From: Camelus ferus
Taxonomy: Eukaryota
Length of the DNA stretch: 64,000 bases
Assembly (NCBI RefSeq): GCF_009834535.1
Contig: NC_045714.1
Span: 42,408,001 to 42,472,000, forward strand
Reading direction: 5' to 3'
Of the stretch, positions 12,981-24,114 are shown in pieces (positions within the stretch are counted from its first letter, which is position 1; every line of letters starts with the position of its first letter). Both the position numbers and the translations under genes were made by a program. The notes below the pieces were generated by a model. The model ran no database searches. It was given only the letters and a program-made list of their open reading frames with translations, and had not been told where the DNA came from.

Positions 12981-14174
12981 ACCATTCTTATATACTTAAT
13001 TATCTAAATACCTACAAAGTGCAATGCAAAAAGTTAGCCATTCATGATATTCACAAATGGGAAGAGAAAGACTGTTGCAAGGCAACAGGAGTTCAAAAGA
13101 CGAAGCCCAGAAGGGGACATAGTGGCTGTGCCAATGCCCCCAGTCCACTGCAGTTTAGGCAAAGACGCAGGACATTGCCCAAGTTATTGTAGGGGAACGT
13201 GACCCATGGCAACAACGGAACGGTGGCAGCAAGAAACAATTAGTCTTTGAGATCGGAGGCATACATGAGCATCTAACAGAGGCTGAGGAGGTACAAGATT
13301 ACCTGCCTAGCTGTATGAGGCTATATGTAAGATGAATTCCTATAAATGCAATTGCTGAGTTAAATGCTATGCGCCTTTAAAAGGAAAAGATTAATTTTAA
13401 AAGGAAAAAGCATGATGTATAGAATAAACCAAGCAACACACTTGATAGGTAGGAGCAACAGAGTGGGAGAAGGGAGGTAAGCTGGAGCAAGGCAAGACGG
13501 CTCAGTGTTGTCAGGGCAGGGGGTAGGTACCAGCACTGACATCACAGAAAACTCCTAGGGATTCCAGTTTCGCTTAACTCTTTGCATTAACAGTGCCCCC
13601 AGAGCAGAAACCTGAAAAAGGAGGAGGGCAGGAGCCACGTGACTATCTCAGAGGAGATTCTGGGTTGACTGAAGAACATTAAGGAGACCAGTGTGACTGA
13701 AGGACAGTAAGGAGACCAGTGTGACTGAAGCAGTCCCTGTGAAGGTGAGCGCTAGAAAACACATGTACAAGTTTCCTTGTGAATAAACTCGTCTTAGGCC
13801 ATTTTTAGTTTAGAGGATTGATATGCAAGGCCACTAAATAGTTTCTACTCGGCATTCCAACTCAAAGTTAAAGAATGAGAAAACTGTAATACTGCTGCAA
13901 TCCACCATAAGGCAGGAAGTTCCATGAGCAACAACTGTGGGGAAATTCCCATGGGCTGGGTGGCCCTGGCTCGGGCAGAGGGAGGGACATCGCCATGCAG
14001 TTGTCTAAGTCAGGCTGCTGTGCACAGAACTCCCATTATATGCCATCGATAACTCTGACTCCGTTTCCTCCCCATTCTTTCCAAAAAGTTCTTCTCAGCA
14101 TACTGAAGAAAGGTTCTTAACTTTATAATGATAAATAATGTAGTAGATTTCCTTTATTTTAAAACTTCAACAAT

Positions 14175-14192
14175 AACAACAACAACAACAAC
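14175..14192. repeat. (AAC)6 microsatellite
   Basis: Read directly from the sequence. Confidence 0.9.
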
Positions 14193-14849
14193 AAAAACTC
14201 TCAGTGTCTAAGCTTAGCTCAATAACAGAACAAATTGGGTTCCCAACTAATACATACATGAGTATATAACTCTACTAGGGCACATCTGTTGTATCAAGAG
14301 AAGGCTGTGTCTACAGTATTTGCCAGTCTGCTTTGTCTTTAGTAATAAGTTTTAAATTGAAAAACACTTCCTATTCCAGAGGACAGTACCACACATCTTG
14401 AGCCCTGAGAATCTGGCTTGGATAACTGGTACTCAAACTAGTGTTCTAGTTTTTCAAGTCAGTCATTTAATAAAGCAGAAGTATAAGTTTTGCACTCAGA
14501 CTAAAAGTGGGCCTTAAACTAAACCTGCACATCACAGAGACGCAACACACAACTCTACTTTTATAATACCCAATGGTCAACCTAAGATATAACAGGCTTC
14601 TATCAAGTAACCTCAGAAATCACCTAAATTATATATTCAATACACATTTTTAGATTAATCCAAAAAAATTATTTGCTCAAAGAGCTCAGCAATAAAAACC
14701 GAGGAAGGAGAAAATAATGTTTAACAGCAGTACAGAGACTAAATATGGCTATAGAGACTTAGGCATTACGAAGTGATGGTAATTCATATGGCAAGAAACT
14801 TAAAGTTCAGAAGCATACTATTTACCCAAAAAACATACTTTTTCCTTAC

Positions 14850-14945
14850 TTCATTGGTTTCTCCAGTTTCTCTCTTCTCTTTGTGCAGCCCCATATGCAT
14901 CTTTCAAGGTTCACTTGGTGTTGCTTCTGCAGTTGCAATCCAGTC
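14850..14945 (-). other. SGMS1: Internal 5' UTR exon (exon 2, 96 nt) with upstream ATGs; gene name tentative
   Basis: Acceptor tacttcttttgtag|GACTGGATTG and donor CCAATGAA|gtaaggaa, in unique sequence. The size and the ~36 kb distance from exon 1 fit my recollection of human SGMS1 exon 2 (~95 nt, intron 1 ~33 kb). Not verified by alignment. Confidence 0.6.
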
Positions 14946-15400
14946 CTACAAAAGAAGTATCATCACTTCACAAGAAAAGAGATAAAGTGTATTCTAGGAA
15001 GCTGAGTTATCCAATCTCATCAATCTCCTTTTCTAATTCATTTTCACCAGAACTATACACAAACAGAAAAACCAAGAGGGTGGGGAGAGCAAAAGAGGTC
15101 ATTAAAATACGAACTAGCAATTTAAAACGATTAAAACACTAGCAGAAACTGAAAAATAAAAGGGAAAAAAGGTAAACTTGATTGTGACAATAGATCAGAA
15201 CAAGATGATTCATTAAAATCTCTTTCCACCAATGAGTTTCCATCACTCTCTCCTAAGTTTGAGATGGCTTAGCAGAAATGATAAAATTAACTGATGTGTC
15301 GTCTTACAACTTCAAGGACGCATACTATTAAGGATGTGCTATCTTCTGATGCTCTTCCATTCAAAGCCCTGGGATTCTCCTGACATGGATTCTAGAAGGT

Positions 15401-15429
15401 AAAAAAAAAAAAAAAAAAAAGAAAAAAAA
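15401..15429. repeat. Poly(A) tract (A20GA8)
   Basis: Read directly from the sequence. Confidence 0.9.
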
Positions 15430-15859
15430 GGTCTAGACTGTGAGTTCCAGGCTATGGAGGGAGCTATATATTATCTTCATCTTTGTCTCTGACCCTTATC
15501 CCTATGTTGTCCCATTCTACCCTATGTCAAGGATGGCACACAGTAACTCTTGGTAAATGAATGAGACAGTAATATGTTTCCAACAAACCACCACAGATGT
15601 TTCATGCAATCTTAAAATCACTTGGGAAAGAGTTGAAAAACTACTGCTTTGGGGTTCTTTCTTTCTTTCCCAAAGCATTCTCTTTGGTTAAATTGCCCAT
15701 TAGCAGTAATATGGCCCAACAGTGGGTATATCAGAGGGTCTCAGAACTTTGAACAGGACATGAGAGAGAGTGTGGACAGTGGGTATCTGAATGTGAACAA
15801 GTCTGCCCCTCAAAAAAGCACCCCTCACCAGAGTAGCTCCCAGTGATCTTTCACCATCA

Positions 15860-16010
15860 TCTTAGGTCTTTAATATACACATATTAATCTGCGTCAGGAA
15901 CTGTTCTAAGAGCTTTAACTACCTTAACTAACAATCTTTATAACAACCCTATGAGGTAGATTCTATTATTCTAATTGCCCAGATGAGGAAACTAAGGTAC
16001 AGGAAGTTCT
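15860..16010 (-). mobile_element. MIR SINE
   Basis: caggaactgttctaagagcttt...aacaaccctatgaggtag...cagatgaggaaactaaggtacag. Confidence 0.75.
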
Positions 16011-16454
16011 GTATAGAAAATTGTGCAAGGAAATGCACTATAAGATGCTGTTCACAGGCAGGGTTCCTGGGTGGATATAACCTTGCAGGGAGCTGTAGTC
16101 CCATACACCCATTTCACATTCTTCTACTGCTGTCACGGTACAATAGCTCGATGTCTAAGCTAGCTCTTGTTGGAAAATTTTCCTAATTAATTTATTTTAA
16201 ATGCTTAATTCTCTGCCACTTTAAAAAACCCAACCTTTTCTTAATTTAAAAAAATTATCCAGCAAACATCACAAAAAGGAACTCTTCCTAATTTATGGAC
16301 AGCAGAAGCAATAATTATTTTCAGCTGAATACTTACATTCACCCACTACTTCAGCTTATTACATTTATTCCGGATATTCTGCCATGCTTACCAGATCCTT
16401 TCTAATTTTAAAACTACAAATCTCTCACTGAAACAAGGCATTTATTCTCTAACT

Positions 16455-16670
16455 CTCTAGTTCAGTTGATTGGGACCCGGTGCTGATGACGTCCAAAGCT
16501 GTGGGTTCAATCCACCACAAACCACTCTGCTTTGTTTGTTTCATGTCTACAAACTCTTAGCCTGGATGGCATGTTTTGGGTCCTAAGAGGAACCAGGTGG
16601 GAGGGTGCAAGACAAGTAGCATAAAAAACAACTGCTAGAGAAACAAGTCCTCATACAGCACAGGGGCAGA
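16455..16670 (+). mobile_element. Ancient tRNA-derived SINE (MamSINE1-like)
   Basis: tagttcagttg (A-box-like), ggtgctgatgacgtccaaagctgtgggttcaatcc (B box), then a body resembling the remembered MamSINE1 consensus. Confidence 0.55.
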
Positions 16671-17771
16671 CACACAACTACGGAGCAGAAGCATCAAGTT
16701 CCTTCGTAAGAACAGTTTCGTGACCGCGGGCAAAGCACTTCTCCCTTTCTGAGTAAGACGCTCTTCTCAAGCTCAGACCTTTTGCCAGAATCTAACCTAA
16801 AGTCCCTCCTTCAAAAAATAAAACAGGCATAAGATATTAAGGTTTTTAGTTTTTGCACCAGCTGTGCTTGATCTGAAAACAGAAATTGCTTATTCCTGAC
16901 ACCAATTCCACTGACAATAAAAAGCACTTGTGATAGTTTTCAAAAGTGTCACAAAAATCTCTAGCAGTGCAACATAGCAAACCATCAGAAAAATCTTACT
17001 GCAATTCTGTATGTCTATCTTAAATTCTTTAGTTTTCATAAAATCAAAAGCTGCTCCATCTCCAAATAATATAAAGTTATTTTAAACATGCTTTTCAAAT
17101 TAAATGAAAAAACCAACCCTTCCCAACCCAGATCACATTTTTAAAACAAGCAAGGGCCCACTCAAAGGTAGAAGTTTTACCAGTTTCTACAAGTAAAAAT
17201 GAAAAAGCAAAACTATATTCCTTAATTGTTATTTTAGGAAGAAACCCACTTGGGATCATTCATCTTCGCATTTTCTTGCCCACAGCTGGAAAGAACTTTC
17301 CCAATGTACTAATGCTACAAAGCACATGGGTTCCAATAGTCACAAGGTAACTATGACAGCAAAGCCATAGTTATTTATGAGATCACAAAAACTATATGAT
17401 GTAATTTTTTTAAATTTGAAGTAAAATTCACATAACATAAAGTTAACCATTTTAAAGTGTACAATTTAGTGGCATTTAGTATATTCACAGTGTAGTACAA
17501 CCATCACATCTATCTAGTTCCAAAACATTTCAGTCATCCCAAAATGAAACCTTGTACTCATTAAGCAGTCACTCCTGTTCCCCTTGCTTCAGCCCCTGGC
17601 AACCACTAATATGCTTTATGTCTCCATGAATTTACCTATTCCGGATATTTCATATAAATGCAATCACACAAGATGTGATTTTTCACGTCTGCCTCCTTTC
17701 ACTTAGCATGTTTTGAGGTTCCTCCACATCGCAGCATGCATCAGTACCTTATTCCCTTTTATGGCTGAAAA

Positions 17772-17919
17772 NNNNNNNNNNNNNNNNNNNNNNNNNNNNN
17801 NNNNNNNNNNNNNNNNNNNNNNNNNNNNNNNNNNNNNNNNNNNNNNNNNNNNNNNNNNNNNNNNNNNNNNNNNNNNNNNNNNNNNNNNNNNNNNNNNNNN
17901 NNNNNNNNNNNNNNNNNNN
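17772..17919. other. Assembly gap (148 N)
   Basis: N run. Confidence 0.99.
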
Positions 17920-18107
17920 TTGGGGTATATATGCAGAAGCAGAATTGCTGGCTCATACAGTAATTCTATATTTAACTTTATGAGGATCAGCCAAACTGTC
18001 TTCCACAGTGGCTACACAATTTTACATTCTTACCAGCAAAGCACAAGGGTTCTAACATCCTCATCAACACTTCATTACTTTCTGTTTGGTACATTTTTAA
18101 AATTATA

Positions 18108-18313
18108 NNNNNNNNNNNNNNNNNNNNNNNNNNNNNNNNNNNNNNNNNNNNNNNNNNNNNNNNNNNNNNNNNNNNNNNNNNNNNNNNNNNNNNNNNNNNN
18201 NNNNNNNNNNNNNNNNNNNNNNNNNNNNNNNNNNNNNNNNNNNNNNNNNNNNNNNNNNNNNNNNNNNNNNNNNNNNNNNNNNNNNNNNNNNNNNNNNNNN
18301 NNNNNNNNNNNNN
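18108..18313. other. Assembly gap (206 N)
   Basis: N run. Confidence 0.99.
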
Positions 18314-18530
18314 CGGATACTAGGCTCTTCTCAGATTTGCATATTTTCTCCCATTCTGTAGATTGTCTTTCCACTTTCTCAATAATGTCCTTTGATGCAC
18401 AAGGTTGTATATTTTGATGGAGTCCAAAATATCTATTTTTTTCTTTCTGTTGCTTATACTATTGGTGTCATTTCTGAGAATCCATTACCAAATCCAAGGT
18501 TGTGAAGATTTACCTTTATGTTTTAAAAGT

Positions 18531-18717
18531 NNNNNNNNNNNNNNNNNNNNNNNNNNNNNNNNNNNNNNNNNNNNNNNNNNNNNNNNNNNNNNNNNNNNNN
18601 NNNNNNNNNNNNNNNNNNNNNNNNNNNNNNNNNNNNNNNNNNNNNNNNNNNNNNNNNNNNNNNNNNNNNNNNNNNNNNNNNNNNNNNNNNNNNNNNNNNN
18701 NNNNNNNNNNNNNNNNN
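18531..18717. other. Assembly gap (187 N)
   Basis: N run. Confidence 0.99.
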
Positions 18718-21123
18718 TCTATGGGTTTATTTCTGGAGTTTCAATTCTATTCTATTGATCAATCTGTCCATTATGTCAGAACCACACTGATTTGATTATT
18801 ATTGCTTTTTTAAAATTGGGAAGCATGAGTCCTCCAACTATATCTTTCTTTTTCAAGATCGACTATTTGGATTCCCTGGCAATTCCATATGAATTTTAGT
18901 ATCAACTTTTCCATTTATGTATAAAAGCCGGCCATGATTTGAATAGAGATTGCATTGAATCTGTAGATCACTTTGGGTAGTACTGCATCTTTACAGTATC
19001 AAGTCTTCCAAAACCATGGATGTGGGGATATCTTTCCATTCTATGATATAATTTTACCTTAAAATGTCCTTGATAAGGTAATGCCTAACTTCCTTTAGTT
19101 GTATTTCTAGGTAATCTACTAAGTACATACTGGAGTAAGTCACAAATATGAAGTTTATACTTGCCACAGAGAGTCCAATTTCATAGTCCAGAGAAGAAAT
19201 GTCAATTATTCAAGGTCTTGCTGTTCGCTTTTGCCTATGCAAAAGTTCAGAACTCAAGGATTTTCATTTCCCTGATTTATAGTTAATTTTCATCATCTTC
19301 AGTTCCTAGTGGAGGAATTGATATATATGAATCTTATATGTTTACTGATAAGAGTAAGTTGTTTAATAGACTTCACCAAATAGTATCATGAACTCTCTTT
19401 CATTTAGTTCAAATCCAAAAACAGTGATTATGAAACATTAGCTACTTTGCCAAAGATTGTGCTCAAACACACTTGGTTAGTTAAAGTATCAACTATAATT
19501 GGGACGGAAGGGAGGAAGTCTTTATAAGTCTTTTCTTTAAAATTTTTTTGCTAAGGACTATGAGAGAACAATTGTTTGAAGTTATAAATGTAACTTGGGC
19601 TGGACACAATCTGTTCTTTGCACTTACATCAAAATTAGAACTGAAGGCATCACAGTAACCCAGGAAAAATAACTGTGGCTTTTTCTAAGACTAGCAATTT
19701 CAAGGAAATTATAGATTCCCCAAAAGTACAAGTCATCTTAAGACCAGTAGATTATTAGTCTGAGGGACAGTGATTGCTTCAATTCCCAAGTTTGGTGTCA
19801 ACTTTTCAGAAGTTTGTTTGTTTTTAATCTCCTCTCAACATATGGGGTCACACAGGACTCCGAGGTGATCCAACAATATCAAAAGGGTTTATAAGACTCA
19901 AACTGCTTATAAATAACTTCAATCAGAAAATACCATCTGGTGTTGGAATAAACAACTAGCAACCAAATCCTGGGAAAAAGAAATCCAATTCCACGTATTT
20001 TGTCATCTATAATGAAACCAAAGGCAATAAAAATATCTCCTGGCAGGTACTCAGGGTCAGTGACTTGGCAGGGCGTGATAGCTAATGTGAAGTTAGAAGG
20101 TCTGATATTTGTTTGGTTTGTTGTTTTTTAACCAGAAAGTTTAAGTTAAAGAGGGCAAAAAAATAAGAACACAAGGGTAAAAATAGACCTGGGCAAGAAA
20201 CAGTGGAAAGAGAAGCAGGTAAAAACGTGACGCAGTGAGGTAACAGACAGTATCAGAGGGTCCTTTAAGCACAGTTATCAGCAAAGCTGTCAGTGTCACA
20301 TCCGTGGTAGACTCACTCTCATGGCACGAGTTTTGCCACAAATTCTTATCCACAAAATTATTTGCCACAAATAACCTTATCACATGGCAGGTGGAAAGGG
20401 CACCCTCTCCTTTAATCCTGCCACTGCCTAATGAGGGGCCTGTCTTCAGGGCCCACACCATTCCGCATCCTCTCAGAGCATTTTCAACAAGATAAGTGAA
20501 TAACTGTAATTCTCCTCCACACTTCCTCAGCTCTATCTGCACTCAGTTCATCCAAACTCTGTGTCAAAACCCAGGGGAAAGGTGGGATCAAGGGGCAGTG
20601 CACAAGGAAATGAGATAAAGGCCACAGTGTCCTTGGTTGGTGTTAGAACAGATGGAAATGAATTCTACAAGAATGAAATGGGGGAAGCGGGTGCTGTGCC
20701 CTTTTGTATCACAGAGAGAGACACCCTGGGCCTCTCAAACCCAGAACTCATCATTTCTGCTCCTGGATAATAATACTGAACACCTGAATGTGTGAAAGCC
20801 ACTTGGGTCTGCGGGAAGTTTTTTTCCCAGTTATCAAATCATGCACCCCAGGAGGTTGTGGGTTTTTTTTTTTAATGTTGCTCCATTGGAAGAGCAGTCA
20901 GGGGCTGCACAGCAAGTGCTTCAAGTCATCCTGGCTCCCCCTTACCCCAGAAATCCCAGCAGAAGGGAGCCCAGATTGGGCACCCGGACAACACTTGCCC
21001 AGGGCTGGCTGGGATGAGGAAGCATCCCCACTACACTCGTGGTGCAGTTAACACTCAGCATTCTGAGGAACCTCAAACAACTGCTGTGATTTGGATCTAA
21101 TGTGGTAATGGTAACCCTGAGCT

Positions 21124-21259
21124 NNNNNNNNNNNNNNNNNNNNNNNNNNNNNNNNNNNNNNNNNNNNNNNNNNNNNNNNNNNNNNNNNNNNNNNNNNNNN
21201 NNNNNNNNNNNNNNNNNNNNNNNNNNNNNNNNNNNNNNNNNNNNNNNNNNNNNNNNNNN
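21124..21259. other. Assembly gap (136 N)
   Basis: N run. Confidence 0.99.
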
Positions 21260-21371
21260 CTGCCATTCTGTACCCAGGAGGTGAACTCCAGAGGCATCTG
21301 CCCTGGACTTGGCAGGCCCGCTGTAGTTTTGTTCTCTGATCTCTTTGTGGTGGTCTTAGTAGGGGATGTTG

Positions 21372-21689
21372 GTGAAACTGGTGAAGGGGGTCAAAAGGTA
21401 CAAATTTCCAGTTATAAAATAAATAAGTCATGGGTATACTTTTTTACTTATAAAATAAATAAGTACAGCGTGTGGCTATTGTTAATAATACCATATTGCA
21501 CATTTGAAAATTTCTAAGAGGGTAGATCATAAAAGTCCTAATCACAAGAAAAAAACAACTTCTGAAACTATGTATGGTGATGGATATTAACCCATCACTT
21601 ATGGTGATCATTTCACAACATATACAAATATCGAATCATCATGTCATACACCTGAAACTAACATAATGTTATATATCAATCATACCTCA

Positions 21690-21720
<31 letters not shown>
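21372..21720 (+). mobile_element. L1MA 3' end with poly(A)/(GAAAA)n tail
   Basis: ggtgaagggggtcaaaaggtacaaatttccagttataaaataaataagtcatgg...atatcaatcatacctcaaaaaaaaaaaaaaaaaa. Confidence 0.9.
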
Positions 21721-21721
<1 letters not shown>

Positions 21722-21850
21722 TGCCAATTGCCTAGGCCCCACATTAATCTAACGAAAATCAGCATCTATAGAGGGAATGAGGAGGCAGGCATTTGTATTT
21801 AAATGCTCTCCAGATAATGTAATGTACCCTTAGGATTGAAAACTGCTGAC
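21722..21850. mobile_element. MER5-type MITE fragment
   Basis: tgccaattgcctaggccccac...aatcagcatct...gtatttaaatgctctccagataat...gattgaaaactgctg. Confidence 0.6.
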
Positions 21851-22807
21851 CTGGATCCTTATTCAGAAATGTGAACAGAAAACCAACTAAGAATAAAATA
21901 CTAAGAAAAACAATGGACTGAAAAGGGGCACCAAATTGAATAGAGGAACCAAGCCAAGAGGAAGCCGGGTTAACAAAGGAAACAAAATAATTTTAGTATT
22001 CTCTGAAAGATCTGTGAAGATGCCATTTCAAACATCTTTAAAGATACTAAGGTAGGGGAAAGCAATACTAAAAGTTACTAGTGAAGAATAAAGAAACAAA
22101 ACTACAAACAAAATAATTTTTTAAATCCCTCAACAGAGGTCTGTATAGCAAAAGGTGATACAGACCTTTTCCACTAGAAGTAATGATCTGGAAGATTGAA
22201 CTGATAAATTCCTCCATACCAAGCCAGTAGGGGGTTGGGGGAAGAATAAGTCTAGATGATCCAACATAATCTAATAAATGTCTAGCTTTTTAAAAGGAAG
22301 AGGATGGAGGGGGAAAAAATTACCAAAGAAAGAAGAGGACCAAACTTCTCCGAGTTGAAGAGGGACCTGGGTGCTAAGTTGAAAGGGTCTGTCAATGGTT
22401 TATAACAACATTGAAAAAAAGAAACACCTAAATACAACTTGGTGAAATTTTTAAATTGCAAAAATAAAGAGACCCTGGCAACATAAGGTGGGGGAGGATG
22501 GTGGGAGTGCTAACCATGACAAAAGGAAAAGTGGGTTTGCACCAGACTTACCTGTAACATCAGATGCTAAAACACAAATGAAGCAATTTCTACAAAGTTT
22601 TAAAGAAAAAATCATTTTAAACTTGGAATCCTATATCCCCCTAAAACCACCATTTAAGTAAGAAGGCAAAATGAAGATATTTTGGGGTATGTAAGAGCTC
22701 CATGCAGTTCACCACCCATACATTTCAGGGGGTTGGGGGGGAAGAGGTAGGAGAAGAGACTCAAAGTTGTATCTTAGCAAAGCTTAATTAATTAAATTTA
22801 AGAAATA

Positions 22808-22976
22808 GGAGGGAGGGTATAGCTCAGTGGGAGAGAGAGTGCTTAGCATGCACAAGGTCCTGGGTTCAATCCCGGGTACCTCCATTAAAAATAAGCAAAT
22901 AATTGACACAATATTGTAAACTAACTATACTTCAATTTTTAAATTTTTAAAAATTTAAAGAAAGAAAGAAAGAAAC
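22808..22976 (+). mobile_element. Chimeric retroinsertion: Vic-1-type SINE head fused to an L1 3' terminus, flanked by one 10-bp TSD
   Basis: SINE gggagggtatagctcagtgg...ggttcaatcccgggtacctccattaaaaa (22811-22891), then L1 end aattgacacaatattgtaaactaactatacttcaat (22901-22936) and an A-rich tail. TTAAGAAATA at 22798-22807 and 22977-22986. Confidence 0.85.
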
Positions 22977-23269
22977 TTAAGAAATAAAAGTCAAATTGAG
23001 ATATAAGAAGCAGTGTTGATCAAAGAAATAAGTAAAACCTATAGTTAAATCTCAACAACTACTGCCCAAATATAATGTGAAATACAAGGCAACTATTAAT
23101 AAGAATTCTTGAAAGAAAACAGGCATAATATAGAAAATAATCAGAAACTGACAAAAGGAGGAGGAAAAGAGAAGTAGACATAGGTTTAAAGTCTCTTCTT
23201 ACTCGTGTTGGGAAACATAAATGCTACTGAATTGTGATGCCTACAGAAAAAGTAAGGTTCAAATATAAG

Positions 23270-23730
23270 GATGCCGTGGCTCCAGAACTGGATGGATGGT
23301 GCTAAATGGAGGTGAGAGGACTCAAGGTAATGTTAGTTAGTCCGAGGCTACGTCACACATAGCCTTGCAGACCAAGTTGGGGATTTAAAACTTTTATCGT
23401 AAGTGCAGTGGGAAACTGTTTAAGAGTTTTAAGCAGGGGTGTAAATCCACCCTTGATTTATGTCTCCAAAAAGATCACTCTGGCCGAAGTGCGGAATGCC
23501 GGGGAGAGGTGCACGAGAGCAAGGCTGCCGCGGACGCCGCGCAGTGAGCGCAGCAACCCGCACGGGGGCGCTGGCGTGAGGGTGGCCTTGCCGTGTGCTG
23601 GAGGTGGGATCAGCAGCCTTCTGGGTGGAGTGGGCGTGAGGGACAGAGTTGTTGAAGATGACTCCCAGGTTTCTGACTTGAACACCCAAGTCCAGGAAGG
23701 TACTATTTTACCAAGATGGGGAAGACCAGA
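23270..23730 (-). mobile_element. L2 fragment containing a CpG-rich patch
   Basis: gcagtgggaaactgtttaagagttttaagcagggg...aaagatcactctggc...gaagatgactcccaggtttctgacttg are L2 antisense landmarks. Confidence 0.8.
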
Positions 23731-24114
23731 GATTAGTAAGTTGTCAAACAGTATATACCCTTTCAGTGCTTTTGCTCTGGACCAATGTTTCATTTTCATT
23801 TCGATCCCGTGATATGCTGCAAACACTAAGGGCAATCACATAATTTCTCTTCTCATCCTCCCTACCAAATAACAATCTTCCTCGAGCACCTATTCTTCTG
23901 CATATTTAACACTGAGGAGACAATCCTGGGAGACGTTAGACACATTTAGGCTCTTACTGCCTCTAACAAGGTTACCTCCAAATGATGGCCAAACATCAAC
24001 TCTAGAAACTTAGGTCCATTACATGCAATAAAACTGGGCGAATGGGGAACCTACTAAAATGTACACTGTCTCATGACTACTTCTCACTAACATTCCCTAA
24101 AGATAATTATTTTG

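Larger units (their letters stand above)
17405..19040 (-). mobile_element. L1MA/MB-type element (3' UTR + ORF2 3' part), antisense, interrupted by three N gaps
   Basis: aaattcacataacataaagttaaccattttaaagtgtacaatttagtggcatttagtatattcac...; ORF2 antisense motifs continue to gtatcaagtcttccaaaaccatgg. Confidence 0.9.

Noticed and set aside
13634-13643. CACGTG E-boxes/CLEAR-like sites (also 30754, 48849, 58989, 63931)
   Set aside because: They are isolated 6-9-mers, several inside repeats, and not clearly above chance in 64 kb.
14850-14945. Open frame ending EKLEKPMK, reminiscent of the MKNK1 N-terminus (KLEKPIE)
   Set aside because: Only five residues match, there is no in-frame upstream start, and the gene layout does not fit.
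17713-18795. ORFs containing X runs (also near 21 kb, 60 kb and 61.5 kb)
   Set aside because: They are open only because N gaps contain no stop codons.
21412-21464. Short duplications (17 bp here; 13 bp at 40689-40714)
   Set aside because: Ordinary slippage in AT-rich or L1 sequence.
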